Program-made: the position numbers and the translations under genes
The notes under the pieces: generated by a model
Seen by the model: the letters and a program-made list of their open reading frames with translations, nothing else
Database searches by the model: none
Told to the model about the DNA's origin: nothing
In this document: positions 1-8,668 of the stretch, in pieces
Layout: each line of letters starts with the position of its first letter
Position numbering within the stretch: the stretch's first letter is position 1
DNA from: Pseudobdellovibrionaceae bacterium
GTDB lineage: Bacteria; Bdellovibrionota; Bdellovibrionia; Bdellovibrionales; Bdellovibrionaceae
Direction of reading: 5' to 3'
NCBI GenBank assembly: GCA_039810425.1
Contig: JBDHWW010000023.1
Location: 1 to 52,103, forward strand
Length of the DNA stretch: 52,103 nt

Positions 1-18
1 ATTCTTTTTTGGGGTTTT

Positions 19-279
19 ATGCGACAGCTGGGGTTTGGGTTTACTGGGGACTATAAGAAAGAATTTGGTGGGAGCTTACTATCTGGGAAAAGGAAAATGG
101 CCCGTCCGCTTTCGCTAAGACAGCCGATTCATCTTGTCCTCAAGAGCTCAGGAAGTTCTTGTTTTGTTCCTGGCCATCGTAAGATGGAGTTATTGATAAA
201 GTCCCATGCCAAGAGGTATGGGATTCAACTTTATGAGATTTCACTGAACTGGTCGCCTATCATGAACTCAATGATTTAG
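19..279 (+). pseudogene. Truncated Y1/HUH (IS200/RAYT-like) transposase remnant
   Basis: N-terminus KKEFGGSLLSGKRKxARPLS...PIHLVLKS resembles Bdellovibrio-type Y1 transposases; reading breaks down at LNWS, where the HUH motif (HIH) is expected, and stops after 86 aa. Confidence 0.6.
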
Positions 280-397
280 AGGGGCGTGGGCTGCTGGTGA
301 GAAAGAAGAAAACTCAACGCTCGGGATAGTCATAGCTGCGAGGTCCTCCCCGGTGCGGATCACCTGCTCAGGCTATGTGCTTTATCATAACTTGGTT

Positions 398-2689
398 TTA
401 ATCAAGCAGACAGGCTTCTTGGGCAGGACGCATCGGAGCGGGTGCCTTTAAGTAACGTTTGAGCTTCGATTCAAGAGTGGAGGATTCTACCGGCTTGGTG
501 ACAAAATCATTCATGCCAGCTTCGATGCATTTTGTTTGATCTTCCTTAAACGCGTTCGCGGTGAGGGCGACAATAGGAATATCCGAAATTGGCTTGGCTA
601 ATTTCCTGATACGGCGGGTGGCCTCGTAACCGTCCATCTCGGGCATTTGACAATCCATGAAAATTAAATCGTACGAGAAAAGTTGCAGGGCCTTCAGCGC
701 CTCAATGCCGTTTGCCGCCACATCCACGTTGCAACCGATTTTTTCCAACATCAAGAGGGCTATTTTCTGATTGATCGGATTGTCCTCAACCAGTAGCACG
801 CGCGGTTTATTCACGACATACTTCGAAACATCCACAGTGGGGATTTTCATCGGCTCATCCAGGCGAATGTTGGTGATGTGAAGGACCTCAAGCAGGCATT
901 TATAGAGACTTTGCTGAAGAACTGGTTTTTTGAGATAATTAATCCTTTGAATCGGTGATAAGTGCGCCAAGTTGTGTGTGCGTTCCACCAGGTACACAAT
1001 CGGAATTTCAAAGTTGCGTGAAATGTTACGCAGAACTTTGGTTTGCTCTTCGGGCTTAAACGGCAAATTCCCCTGATCGAGGATAAGAGCGATTGTCTCT
1101 GGTGTCGCGGTCACAGCACTGATATCGCGCCCGCCCCCTGGGGTGTGAGGGTTAAGGCTGATGACTTTAAGTTGCAGCTCTAAATATTCTTGTAAGACCG
1201 GATTGCGTGTCAGAATCAAAACATCTTTGCCGAAGAAAGATTCCGGCAGTGGATTCTCGATGGGCTGTGTGTTGATGCCTTCCATTTCCACCCGGAACCA
1301 GAACGTCGAGCCCTTGCCCGGCGTGCTTGAAACCCCGACTTCGCCGCCCATGGATTCTGCGAGCTGCTTACAGATGGAAAGCCCCAATCCCGAACCACCG
1401 TAGCGGCGCGTGGTTGAAGAGTCCGCCTGGGTAAATGGCGTGAACAGGCGACTGAGCAAACGAGGCTCAATGCCGATACCGGTGTCCTTTACTTCGAAAC
1501 TCAGAGAAATATGCTTTTCATTCATATGGAGCATGGAGCATTTCACCGCAATGCTGCCACTCGGGGTAAACTTGATCGCATTATTAAGTAAGTTTAGAAG
1601 AATCTGTTTAAGACGTGCCGGGTCGCCCTTAATTAAACGTGGAATTTTCGGATCGATAAAGGTGACGAGTTCAAGCTTTTTCTGGGCCACATTATCAGCC
1701 ACGATGTTAGCGATATCCATATAGATAGAGCGGATATCAAATTCAATGGACTCTAAGACAAGTTTACCGGCTTCAATCTTGGAGACATCCAAAATATCGT
1801 TAATCAATGATAACAACGTACTGCTAGAGCTGCGAATCGATTGGACATAGTCCTTCTGGTCATAAGAAAGCTTCGTGTCGAGCAACAAAGAAGTAAAACC
1901 GACAATCGCGTTGAGGGGCGTCCGAATCTCGTGACTCATGGTTGCGAGAAACTCTGACTTTGCGCGGTTGGCGCGCTGAGTTTGATTGATGGCTTCTTTC
2001 AGGCGGGTCGATTTGTGTTTTGAAGTCTCAAGTAACAGAGCGACGTTTTTAATATTTCCATGTGAAATCATCAGCAATAAGATACTACAGACCGCAATTG
2101 CGAGCAGTGTCCAGCCGAGCATGCGGTGTGAATGGACTTGTTTGTCAAAAAGGGCCCCGCGGGCGTGCACGTCGTTCTCGTTCATGGTAAAGGCGATCTC
2201 TTGAAGCCGACCCTCATAGGGAGAAAGCGAATCATACATAAGGTCTAAATTTTGGTGATCCTTTGGGCGCGCTTTTGCCACGAGGGGGGCGAGGGCTTCC
2301 AAAGTCTGGTTTAGATCTTTGAGGCTTTTGATGGCGCCGGGAATCGCCGCCAGCTCTTTGTAAAGATCGGAGTTTTTCTCATAGACGGTCGCATGAACAC
2401 GAAGGTCATCGAAGCGGCCTTTAAAATCCAGGCGGTCAATGAGCTCGCGGTGATACAAGCCCATTCCAATCAGAAATCGGTCAAAATGATGGAGAGTTTG
2501 AGAAGCAACAAAGTAAGGATCCGCCAGATCGTTCACGGCACGTTCCACACGGCTGTCGGGAAGGGTTTTAAAATATAAAACCGAACTCCCTCCGGCAAAG
2601 ATCACTACGAACGCCATCAGAAAGATGTACGAGAGCTTTGGCGCGAAGGGTGTGTTAATAGCTGTGTTTTTGCGTAATAGTCGAAACAT
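398..2689 (-). CDS. Membrane-bound hybrid sensor histidine kinase (2 TM, HisKA, HATPase, degenerate receiver, canonical receiver)
   Basis: H-box [15 protein letters not shown]-box [15 protein letters not shown]1 DTGIGI, F-box FTPFTQAD, G2 [11 protein letters not shown]-terminal receiver LLVEDN...FMDCQMP...TKP; two hydrophobic segments flank ~150 aa. ATG 2689 preferred over TTG 2743. Confidence 0.95.
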   Translation of the reverse strand: MFRLLRKNTAINTPFAPKLSYIFLMAFVVIFAGGSSVLYFKTLPDSRVERAVNDLADPYFVASQTLHHFDRFLIGMGLYHRELIDRLDFKGRFDDLRVHATVYEKNSDLYKELAAIPGAIKSLKDLNQTLEALAPLVAKARPKDHQNLDLMYDSLSPYEGRLQEIAFTMNENDVHARGALFDKQVHSHRMLGWTLLAIAVCSILLLMISHGNIKNVALLLETSKHKSTRLKEAINQTQRANRAKSEFLATMSHEIRTPLNAIVGFTSLLLDTKLSYDQKDYVQSIRSSSSTLLSLINDILDVSKIEAGKLVLESIEFDIRSIYMDIANIVADNVAQKKLELVTFIDPKIPRLIKGDPARLKQILLNLLNNAIKFTPSGSIAVKCSMLHMNEKHISLSFEVKDTGIGIEPRLLSRLFTPFTQADSSTTRRYGGSGLGLSICKQLAESMGGEVGVSSTPGKGSTFWFRVEMEGINTQPIENPLPESFFGKDVLILTRNPVLQEYLELQLKVISLNPHTPGGGRDISAVTATPETIALILDQGNLPFKPEEQTKVLRNISRNFEIPIVYLVERTHNLAHLSPIQRINYLKKPVLQQSLYKCLLEVLHITNIRLDEPMKIPTVDVSKYVVNKPRVLLVEDNPINQKIALLMLEKIGCNVDVAANGIEALKALQLFSYDLIFMDCQMPEMDGYEATRRIRKLAKPISDIPIVALTANAFKEDQTKCIEAGMNDFVTKPVESSTLESKLKRYLKAPAPMRPAQEACLLD

Positions 2690-2829
2690 ATTTAATACGC
2701 ACCATAAAACTTCTTTGAAGAAAAACAAATTTGAAGATGGCAAGATGAAGAAAAAATCATGGTTGTGAAGGTTTCTTCGAAAATATCCAATACGGGCATC
2801 GCAAAAGCTCGATGAGTTGTCGATTTTTC

Positions 2830-2846
2830 TTCATATGAATTTCACA
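2830..2846 (+). promoter_or_regulatory. Possible OmpR/PhoB-type direct-repeat box
   Basis: TTCAT (2830) and TTCAC (2841) are exactly 11 bp apart, in the divergent region between the kinase and the first operon. Confidence 0.3.
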
Positions 2847-2951
2847 CCGTTTCGACGATATTACGGAATAATAATCTGACCAATAACAAGCAACCGGGCA
2901 AAATGTACTGGTAAACGCTGCAAGAAGTACAACGAGTCATGAGGGGGGTTC

Positions 2952-3464
2952 ATGGACTTTTATAACTTACAGGAGAGCGATCATCGTCTGATTGAGCAGA
3001 CCTTGAGTCACCGTTTAGGCGGTGTCACGGGCGCTCCGGACTATAAGGAAACTCTCCGACGTCAATTCTACAACTTCGACCGCGTACTGAATAAGAAAAA
3101 TATTCTCCTGGCGGAAGAAGACCCTCGTATCCAGCGTGCCATGCAGAAAATGATTTTAGAGGCAAATCAGGACGCTCAGTGCTGGATTGTGGACTCAGTG
3201 GACGAGATTGGGGATCTGCTCGATCAAAAAGAGTGCGATTTATTAATCGCAAATTACTATTTGTCAGAGGACGAGATCGACTACGAATTTTGGGAGATGG
3301 TCCGTGGCCGCTATCCGCGGATGGAAGTCATCATTCTTTCCCATGTGAATGACCGTGAATATTATGAAGCACTAGTGAAGATGAGCCAGGAGGGCCACGA
3401 AGGCCGATACCAGCCATTTTCAACGAAACTCAAACACTTTTTTGAACACGTCTTCGGAGGTTGA
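2952..3464 (+). CDS. Atypical (pseudo-)receiver domain protein with N-terminal extension
   Basis: ILLAEEDP...CDLLIANYYLS...IILSH; phosphoacceptor Asp replaced by Asn; paralogue of 6996-7535; RBS GAGGGGG. Confidence 0.8.
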   Translation: MDFYNLQESDHRLIEQTLSHRLGGVTGAPDYKETLRRQFYNFDRVLNKKNILLAEEDPRIQRAMQKMILEANQDAQCWIVDSVDEIGDLLDQKECDLLIANYYLSEDEIDYEFWEMVRGRYPRMEVIILSHVNDREYYEALVKMSQEGHEGRYQPFSTKLKHFFEHVFGG

Positions 3465-3465
3465 T

Positions 3466-4218
3466 ATGGAGATGGTAAAAGCCTCAGGAAATCAGATGGA
3501 CATCCTTTTTGAGGGGATGCCTCCGAATCCAAAAGTTGAATTCATGATCAGAACCAAACTGGCGAAAGTAACGGACATGTGTCCGGATAATTCTTTTATA
3601 CAAACAAAGGTGAAAGACCTTGGATCCCGCTTTGCCGTGGAAATTCTGGTTCGCCATGTTTTAGGACAATTTCTAGCTTACAGCGAGGAGAGAACTTTGG
3701 GAGAAAGTGTCAACCTGTCTGCATCACAAATGTATGAGCAAATTAAGTCTTGGCGGGAAACCCGCTACCTGGATCCCGAAAAAGCGGTGGGAAATCTCAA
3801 GGCATTGATTGTCGATGACGATCCAATTTCAGTGAAACTGATTCAATCCATTCTCGGCCAAAGCGGCTGCGAAACGGTGGTGGTTGACAACGGCCAGGAC
3901 GCGGTGGACGAGCTCTTTGAGCATGCCTACGATTTGATCGTCCTCGATTGGATGATGCCGTCGATGAACGGCCTCCAGACGATTCGCATGCTCGATGAAA
4001 CCGCGGATTTAAGCGCGACCGGGATCCAGAACAAAAAGGTTCCTGTGTTGATATTCTCTGCCAGTCCGCGCTCGCAGATCGTCTTTCCAAAGAGTAAGAC
4101 CTTCCGCAAGATCGGCTATCTGCAAAAAACCAGTACTTACGACTCCATTCGTAAGACCACGGATCAGTTCTTAGAGAATCTACGGAAAATGAAAGAGACG
4201 GCCCTTGTAAATCAGTAA
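3466..4218 (+). CDS. HPF/RaiA-like N-terminal domain fused to a receiver domain
   Basis: N-terminal ~100 aa (MDILFEGMPPNPKVEFMIRTKLAKV...) fits the HPF beta-alpha-beta-beta-beta-alpha pattern; canonical receiver LIVDDD...LDWMMPSMNG...FSA...QK; GGAGG at 3456-3460 supports ATG 3466. Confidence 0.75.
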   Translation: MEMVKASGNQMDILFEGMPPNPKVEFMIRTKLAKVTDMCPDNSFIQTKVKDLGSRFAVEILVRHVLGQFLAYSEERTLGESVNLSASQMYEQIKSWRETRYLDPEKAVGNLKALIVDDDPISVKLIQSILGQSGCETVVVDNGQDAVDELFEHAYDLIVLDWMMPSMNGLQTIRMLDETADLSATGIQNKKVPVLIFSASPRSQIVFPKSKTFRKIGYLQKTSTYDSIRKTTDQFLENLRKMKETALVNQ

Positions 4219-4307
4219 CTAAGTAAGAAGTAAGAAGATTAACAATTAACAGTTTTAACAATTTGAAAGCAATTTCAAGGAAGAACATCAAGGAGAGAAG
4301 GAATATT

Positions 4308-5009
4308 ATGATGCCAACAGTTTTAGCAGTAGACGATTCAAGGGAGATTCACCCATTTTTGAAGACGGCGTTGAGTCAAACATGCTCATTGTTGCTTGCG
4401 GGATCTCTGAAGGAGGCGGAAGAAATTCTAACGAAGAATGAAGTGCACCTCATCCTGTTGGATGTGAGCCTTCCAGATGGCAGCGGTTTTGACTTTTGCA
4501 CGACATTGCAGAGTCAGGATTCCACGCAAAAAATTCCGGTGATTTTCCTCACAGGTAAAATTGGCGTGGGTGATAAAGTTCTAGGTCTCGCGCTCGGCGC
4601 TGAAGACTATGTAACGAAGCCGTTTGACGTCTTGGAGCTACGCGCCCGCGTGGAGTCCAAGCTTAAAAAATTCTTGTATTACGCCAAAGAAGAGACCTAC
4701 TTCCAGCGCGGCAGCCTGAAGTTCGAACTCTCGACGTATTCAATTTACTTGAATGAGAACAGCGGCAATCAAAAATTGAATATGACCCCGATCGAATTCA
4801 AACTTTTGCTGAAGCTGGCTCGTTCCCCAGGCTATGTCCTGAGCCGCGAACAGCTGATCGATAGTGTTTGGGGTGATTCGGTGTACATCGAAGACCGTTC
4901 TGTGGACCGTCACATCTCTTCGATTCGAAAAAAGCTCGGAACTTGTTCGTCTTATATCCGCACTGTTCCAGGATTGGGTTACCAGTTCTTAGCGGAGCAA
5001 CAGCACTAA
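4308..5009 (+). CDS. OmpR/PhoB-family response regulator
   Basis: Receiver VLAVDDS...LLDVSLPDGSG...TKPF plus winged-helix SREQLIDSVWG...DRSVDRHISSIRKKL...TVPGLGY. Confidence 0.95.
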   Translation: MMPTVLAVDDSREIHPFLKTALSQTCSLLLAGSLKEAEEILTKNEVHLILLDVSLPDGSGFDFCTTLQSQDSTQKIPVIFLTGKIGVGDKVLGLALGAEDYVTKPFDVLELRARVESKLKKFLYYAKEETYFQRGSLKFELSTYSIYLNENSGNQKLNMTPIEFKLLLKLARSPGYVLSREQLIDSVWGDSVYIEDRSVDRHISSIRKKLGTCSSYIRTVPGLGYQFLAEQQH

Positions 5010-5024
5010 TAATAAGGAGGACTC

Positions 5025-5375
5025 ATGGAAGGCCAGTTCGACGCGATTCAAAGCGTAAAGGCGATTGAGACTAACTACGGACCACAGGTAGCACGTGAAG
5101 TTGTACAGATTTTTATTGCCGATTATCCTGGCAAGATTGCGAAATTAAAAACCGCCATCGAAGAGGGTAATCAAGAACGAATCCGCTTCACCGCCCATGA
5201 TATTAAGTCTGGAACGCTCAGCATGGGGGTTACGCCCATGTCGGCGATCTGTGAAGAGATTGAACGTGATAGCGCGAAGATGAGCAAAGAAAGACTTCAA
5301 GAGTTGGCAACACAACTCGAGGAGAACTATGCTGATATCTCAAAGAGCTACGGCGAGTACCTCAATATCCATTAG
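5025..5375 (+). CDS. Stand-alone Hpt (histidine phosphotransfer) protein
   Basis: AHDIKSGTLSMG Hpt motif, predicted all-helical, 116 aa; RBS AAGGAGG. Confidence 0.9.
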   Translation: MEGQFDAIQSVKAIETNYGPQVAREVVQIFIADYPGKIAKLKTAIEEGNQERIRFTAHDIKSGTLSMGVTPMSAICEEIERDSAKMSKERLQELATQLEENYADISKSYGEYLNIH

Positions 5376-5413
5376 GAAGAAGAGCGGTGTCAGCACCGCT
5401 TCGCCAAAATGAC

Positions 5414-5448
5414 GAAAGAGCCAGTGGTGGCACTGGCTCTTTCTTTTT
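5414..5448. terminator. Intrinsic terminator between the convergent operons
   Basis: GAAAGAGCCAGTG-GTGG-CACTGGCTCTTTC followed by a T-run; a second hairpin AGCGGTG-TCAG-CACCGCT lies at 5383-5400. Confidence 0.8.
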
Positions 5449-5468
5449 GACCCCTATGTTCTTTCAAC

Positions 5469-5858
5469 TTATGCCGACGGGGAAGTCACAGGGGGTGGCG
5501 TATAATTTTCATACGCAGGCACTCGACGGCGCCGGCGGTCGTGGCGGAGGCGGTCGTGACTTTTGCCTAAGACCACTTTGAGGGCGTCGAAACTTGCAAC
5601 GATGGCTCTAAAGAGGTTCCGGTCCTGACGGGCCGTTTTATGGACTTTGTTACTCATTCCCGACTTCACGAAAATTTCGCATCGGTAGAGTCCTTGGCGG
5701 ATTTCCGTGCGGGCGCGGCTTCTTTCCAAACGAACGGTGATACGCAAATCACTGTCTGGTTGGATGAGTTTTTCGACAAGTGCGTCGATTTTATCATTGA
5801 TAAAATCCTCGGCGTACTCAGAACGGCGAATATCTTTAAATACAATTTCGGTGCGCAT
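5469..5858 (-). CDS. HPF/RaiA family ribosome-associated protein
   Basis: MRTEIVFKDIRRSEYAEDFINDKI...ITVRLE...YRCEIFV...DRNLFRAIVASFDALKVVL, with an Arg-rich C-terminus (RLRHDRRRRR); matches the S30AE/HPF pattern. Confidence 0.8.
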   Translation of the reverse strand: MRTEIVFKDIRRSEYAEDFINDKIDALVEKLIQPDSDLRITVRLERSRARTEIRQGLYRCEIFVKSGMSNKVHKTARQDRNLFRAIVASFDALKVVLGKSHDRLRHDRRRRRVPAYENYTPPPVTSPSA

Positions 5859-5861
5859 GAC

Positions 5862-6653
5862 TTACTCCATATCGATATTGAATTGGTAACCTAGACCTGG
5901 AATGGTTTTAATGTAATCGCCATAAGAACCTAATTTTTTCCTCACAGTATATATATGTTTGTCGATCGACCTTTCATTGATGTGGACCGTGCCACCCCAA
6001 ATGGAGTCAATGAGCTGATTCCGAGTGAAGATGCGGCCCGGTTTTTGGGCTAGGTGCAACAGAATGCGGTACTCAATCGGGGTCATGTTAATAAGTTCGT
6101 GCTTGTCATCTTTGATCGCATAGACCGAGTAGGTCATCGTATCAAAGCGCAAATGGCCGCGTTGCAACTGCAACTCATTACGGTCGTGTAAGAGCGATTT
6201 CTTTAGTTTAGATTCGATGCGGGCTTTCAACTCGAGGGGCACAAACGGCTTTGTAATGTAGTCGTCCGCCCCAAGGCTGAGTCCCAGAATCTTATCTGTG
6301 ACACCGGTCTTGCCGGTGAGAAAGATTACGGGAACGCGCGATGTCGCGGGATTGGTTTGCAAGTCGTTGCAGAAATCAAAACCGCTGCCATCCGGAAGCA
6401 TCACATCAAGCAGAATGAGATGAATCTCCCGGCTTTCTAAATAGTCTTTGGCCTCTTTCAGACTGGAAGCGAAAAAGAGGTGGAGATCTCTTTCGAGGGA
6501 GCCGCGGATAATGACCTGGTATTCGGCCGAGTCCTCAATCACCAGGACATTGGGAATAAATGCTTGCACATGACTTTCAGGGACCTTTTCCGCCGTTCTA
6601 TATCCGTAGTCCCTGAAGCCACTCACCAGCTGGTTGCTATCCATGTTAGTCAT
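5862..6653 (-). CDS. OmpR/PhoB-family response regulator with ~30 aa N-terminal extension
   Basis: VLVIEDS...LLDVMLPDGSGFDFC...TKPF; winged-helix TRNQLIDSIWG...IDKHIYTVRKKLG...TIPGLGY; close paralogue of 4308-5009. Confidence 0.95.
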   Translation of the reverse strand: MTNMDSNQLVSGFRDYGYRTAEKVPESHVQAFIPNVLVIEDSAEYQVIIRGSLERDLHLFFASSLKEAKDYLESREIHLILLDVMLPDGSGFDFCNDLQTNPATSRVPVIFLTGKTGVTDKILGLSLGADDYITKPFVPLELKARIESKLKKSLLHDRNELQLQRGHLRFDTMTYSVYAIKDDKHELINMTPIEYRILLHLAQKPGRIFTRNQLIDSIWGGTVHINERSIDKHIYTVRKKLGSYGDYIKTIPGLGYQFNIDME

Positions 6654-6670
6654 CTAAAATCCTCCGTGTT

Positions 6671-7009
6671 TTAAAATATCTCTAAGTCCATGCTTGTATC
6701 GTAGGAATGACTCTGGCTCCAAAAGCGCATTTGCGCCGACAGATCGCTGATGGCCGCATCCAAGGCCGCCGCAACGACTTCGTCTTCTCCGGACGCAAAG
6801 AGCAGATCCTTTTCGCTGGCGAGGTTGAGCTGCACCAAATAGCGATCATCAAGGTCGACGATTTTGGCTGTGAGGCTGCAGTTGTTTGGACATTTCTCCA
6901 GTAGAAACGTCAGTTGCCCGCTGACGAAAAGTTTCAACTCCAGATTCGGTTCCAAGTTTTGGTAAATCAAAGTCATGTTTTTATTCGGTATCATACTAGT
7001 CTTTTCCAT
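6671..7009 (-). CDS. Stand-alone divergent HPF-like domain protein (acidic)
   Basis: Aligns by eye with the N-terminal domain of 3466-4218 (PN...CPxN...K..DL..R..V...Q...W); GGAGG upstream of ATG 7009. Confidence 0.65.
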   Translation of the reverse strand: MEKTSMIPNKNMTLIYQNLEPNLELKLFVSGQLTFLLEKCPNNCSLTAKIVDLDDRYLVQLNLASEKDLLFASGEDEVVAAALDAAISDLSAQMRFWSQSHSYDTSMDLEIF

Positions 7010-7535
7010 GATGAACTCCTCCGAAGATTTCCTTGAGATAGCCATTGAATTTCTCAGGCGAGAACGGCTTATCAAAGAAGGGTGGGGGGTACTCGAAGTT
7101 CTTGACGATCTGTTGGTAGCGTTCGCTCCCGATGCCAGAGGTGATCACCATATCGACGGCTGGAAATTTTTCGCGGACGATTTCCCAAAGCTCCAGACTG
7201 TTCTCCGTCGGTGAAAGATAGTAGTCGGCGATTAATAGATCGCACTTCTCTTTTTCAAGAATGTCGAGGGCTTCATCTATGTTCGTTGCCAAAAAGCATT
7301 TAATATCTGGATTGAAATTCTTAACGATATGCCTAAGCCCCAGTAAAGAAATCGGATCGTCCTCGACGATCAGAACTTTTTTGCTGGCGCGGATCTTTTG
7401 CATTTCGAGGAAGTATTGCAGGTATTCGTTAAACTCGGAGTTAATCTGCGTTGTATCAATGAGGTTGTTTGCCGGATCTTTTCGATAAGACAAATGCTTT
7501 GAAATATTCGATTTGACTGTCGAATCTTCTTTCAT
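6996..7535 (-). CDS. Single receiver-domain response regulator with N-terminal extension
   Basis: VLIVEDDP...CDLLIADYYLS...VITSG...FDKPF; intact D/(T,S)/K residues. Confidence 0.88.
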   Translation of the reverse strand: MKEDSTVKSNISKHLSYRKDPANNLIDTTQINSEFNEYLQYFLEMQKIRASKKVLIVEDDPISLLGLRHIVKNFNPDIKCFLATNIDEALDILEKEKCDLLIADYYLSPTENSLELWEIVREKFPAVDMVITSGIGSERYQQIVKNFEYPPPFFDKPFSPEKFNGYLKEIFGGVHHGKD

Positions 7536-7641
7536 TGAATCCCCCTTTTGTTAAGTATCCATTGGGGATATCGAGATTGTATTACTATGCTATGGAGAAA
7601 TCGTCACAGAACGTCTAGTTCTTAGCACTTGCTAAATAAGA

Positions 7642-8337
7642 CTAAGTGGTAAGTGTGGTCAGTTTATAGCCTGTGCCGAAAATGGTTTCAATCTTCACAC
7701 GGGAAGGCTGGATCTTTTTACGGATATGGGCGATATGCGCATCCACGGTGCGGTCGGTGATATAGATCTTGCCGCCCCAGATGTGATTGATGATCTCATC
7801 GCGGCTGATCACTTTGTTTTTCTGCTTAGACAAAAAAGAAAAAATGCGGAACTCGAGCGACGTGAAACTGATTGCGGTCTTTTCGCTGGCTTTATCCAGA
7901 TACAGCTTTTGTTCGGCCGTGTTCACCAGGAGGTCTTCAATCTTATAGTTGGCGGACTGGTTTTGTTGTTCTGCGATCTTGCGGATCTTCGCGTCGATGC
8001 GAAGCTTAAGCTCGATCGGATCAAATGGTTTTGCGATAAAGTCATCGGCACCGTAAGTAAAGGCCATGGCTTTGTTGGCAAGTGCGGTTTTACTGCTAAT
8101 AATGAAGATGGCACCTTGGTGTTTTTGTGATTCGGGGATTTCAGTCAGAAAGCGCAGCCCATCGCCATCCGGGAGTTCAATGTCTAAGATAATTGCGGCG
8201 TAAGGACCTTGTTTCAGGGCGCGGGAGGCCTCATCAAGTGAACTGCAGCCAACGGTGGAGTAATCTTTTAAGATGTTCTGAAGAATCAATTGGCACTCAG
8301 GAGTGTCTTCTATGAAAAGAATCTTCTTGGCATCCAT
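7642..8337 (-). CDS. OmpR/PhoB-family response regulator
   Basis: ILFIEDT...ILDIELPDGDG...AKPF; winged-helix SRDEIINHIWG...DRTVDAHIAHIRKKI...TIFGTGY. Confidence 0.95.
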   Translation of the reverse strand: MDAKKILFIEDTPECQLILQNILKDYSTVGCSSLDEASRALKQGPYAAIILDIELPDGDGLRFLTEIPESQKHQGAIFIISSKTALANKAMAFTYGADDFIAKPFDPIELKLRIDAKIRKIAEQQNQSANYKIEDLLVNTAEQKLYLDKASEKTAISFTSLEFRIFSFLSKQKNKVISRDEIINHIWGGKIYITDRTVDAHIAHIRKKIQPSRVKIETIFGTGYKLTTLTT

Positions 8338-8668
8338 ACTTGCTTCCTCAGCGCGGCTTGCGCTTTGATTTGTTTGCAGCCAAGAAACACCAATTTGATT
8401 GTACTGTCAAATTTCGAACTTCAGGCGTTGCGAGGAGTGCTGGGGCGTGTAAATAGTTCGCTGTTGATCCGGTCGACATTACTTTGGAGCAGATAGGAGA
8501 TTTATTTTCCAGAGTCGAACACTTCTTGCACTTCTATGCTTGATAACTACTAAATTAAAAACTATATATCTTCTCCCTAGCTAAAAGAAAATCGACAACC
8601 TGCACGTAACCTCCCGACGACAACTTGATTCATCACTGATGGTAAATCAGGGCTAGAACGATATAAAG

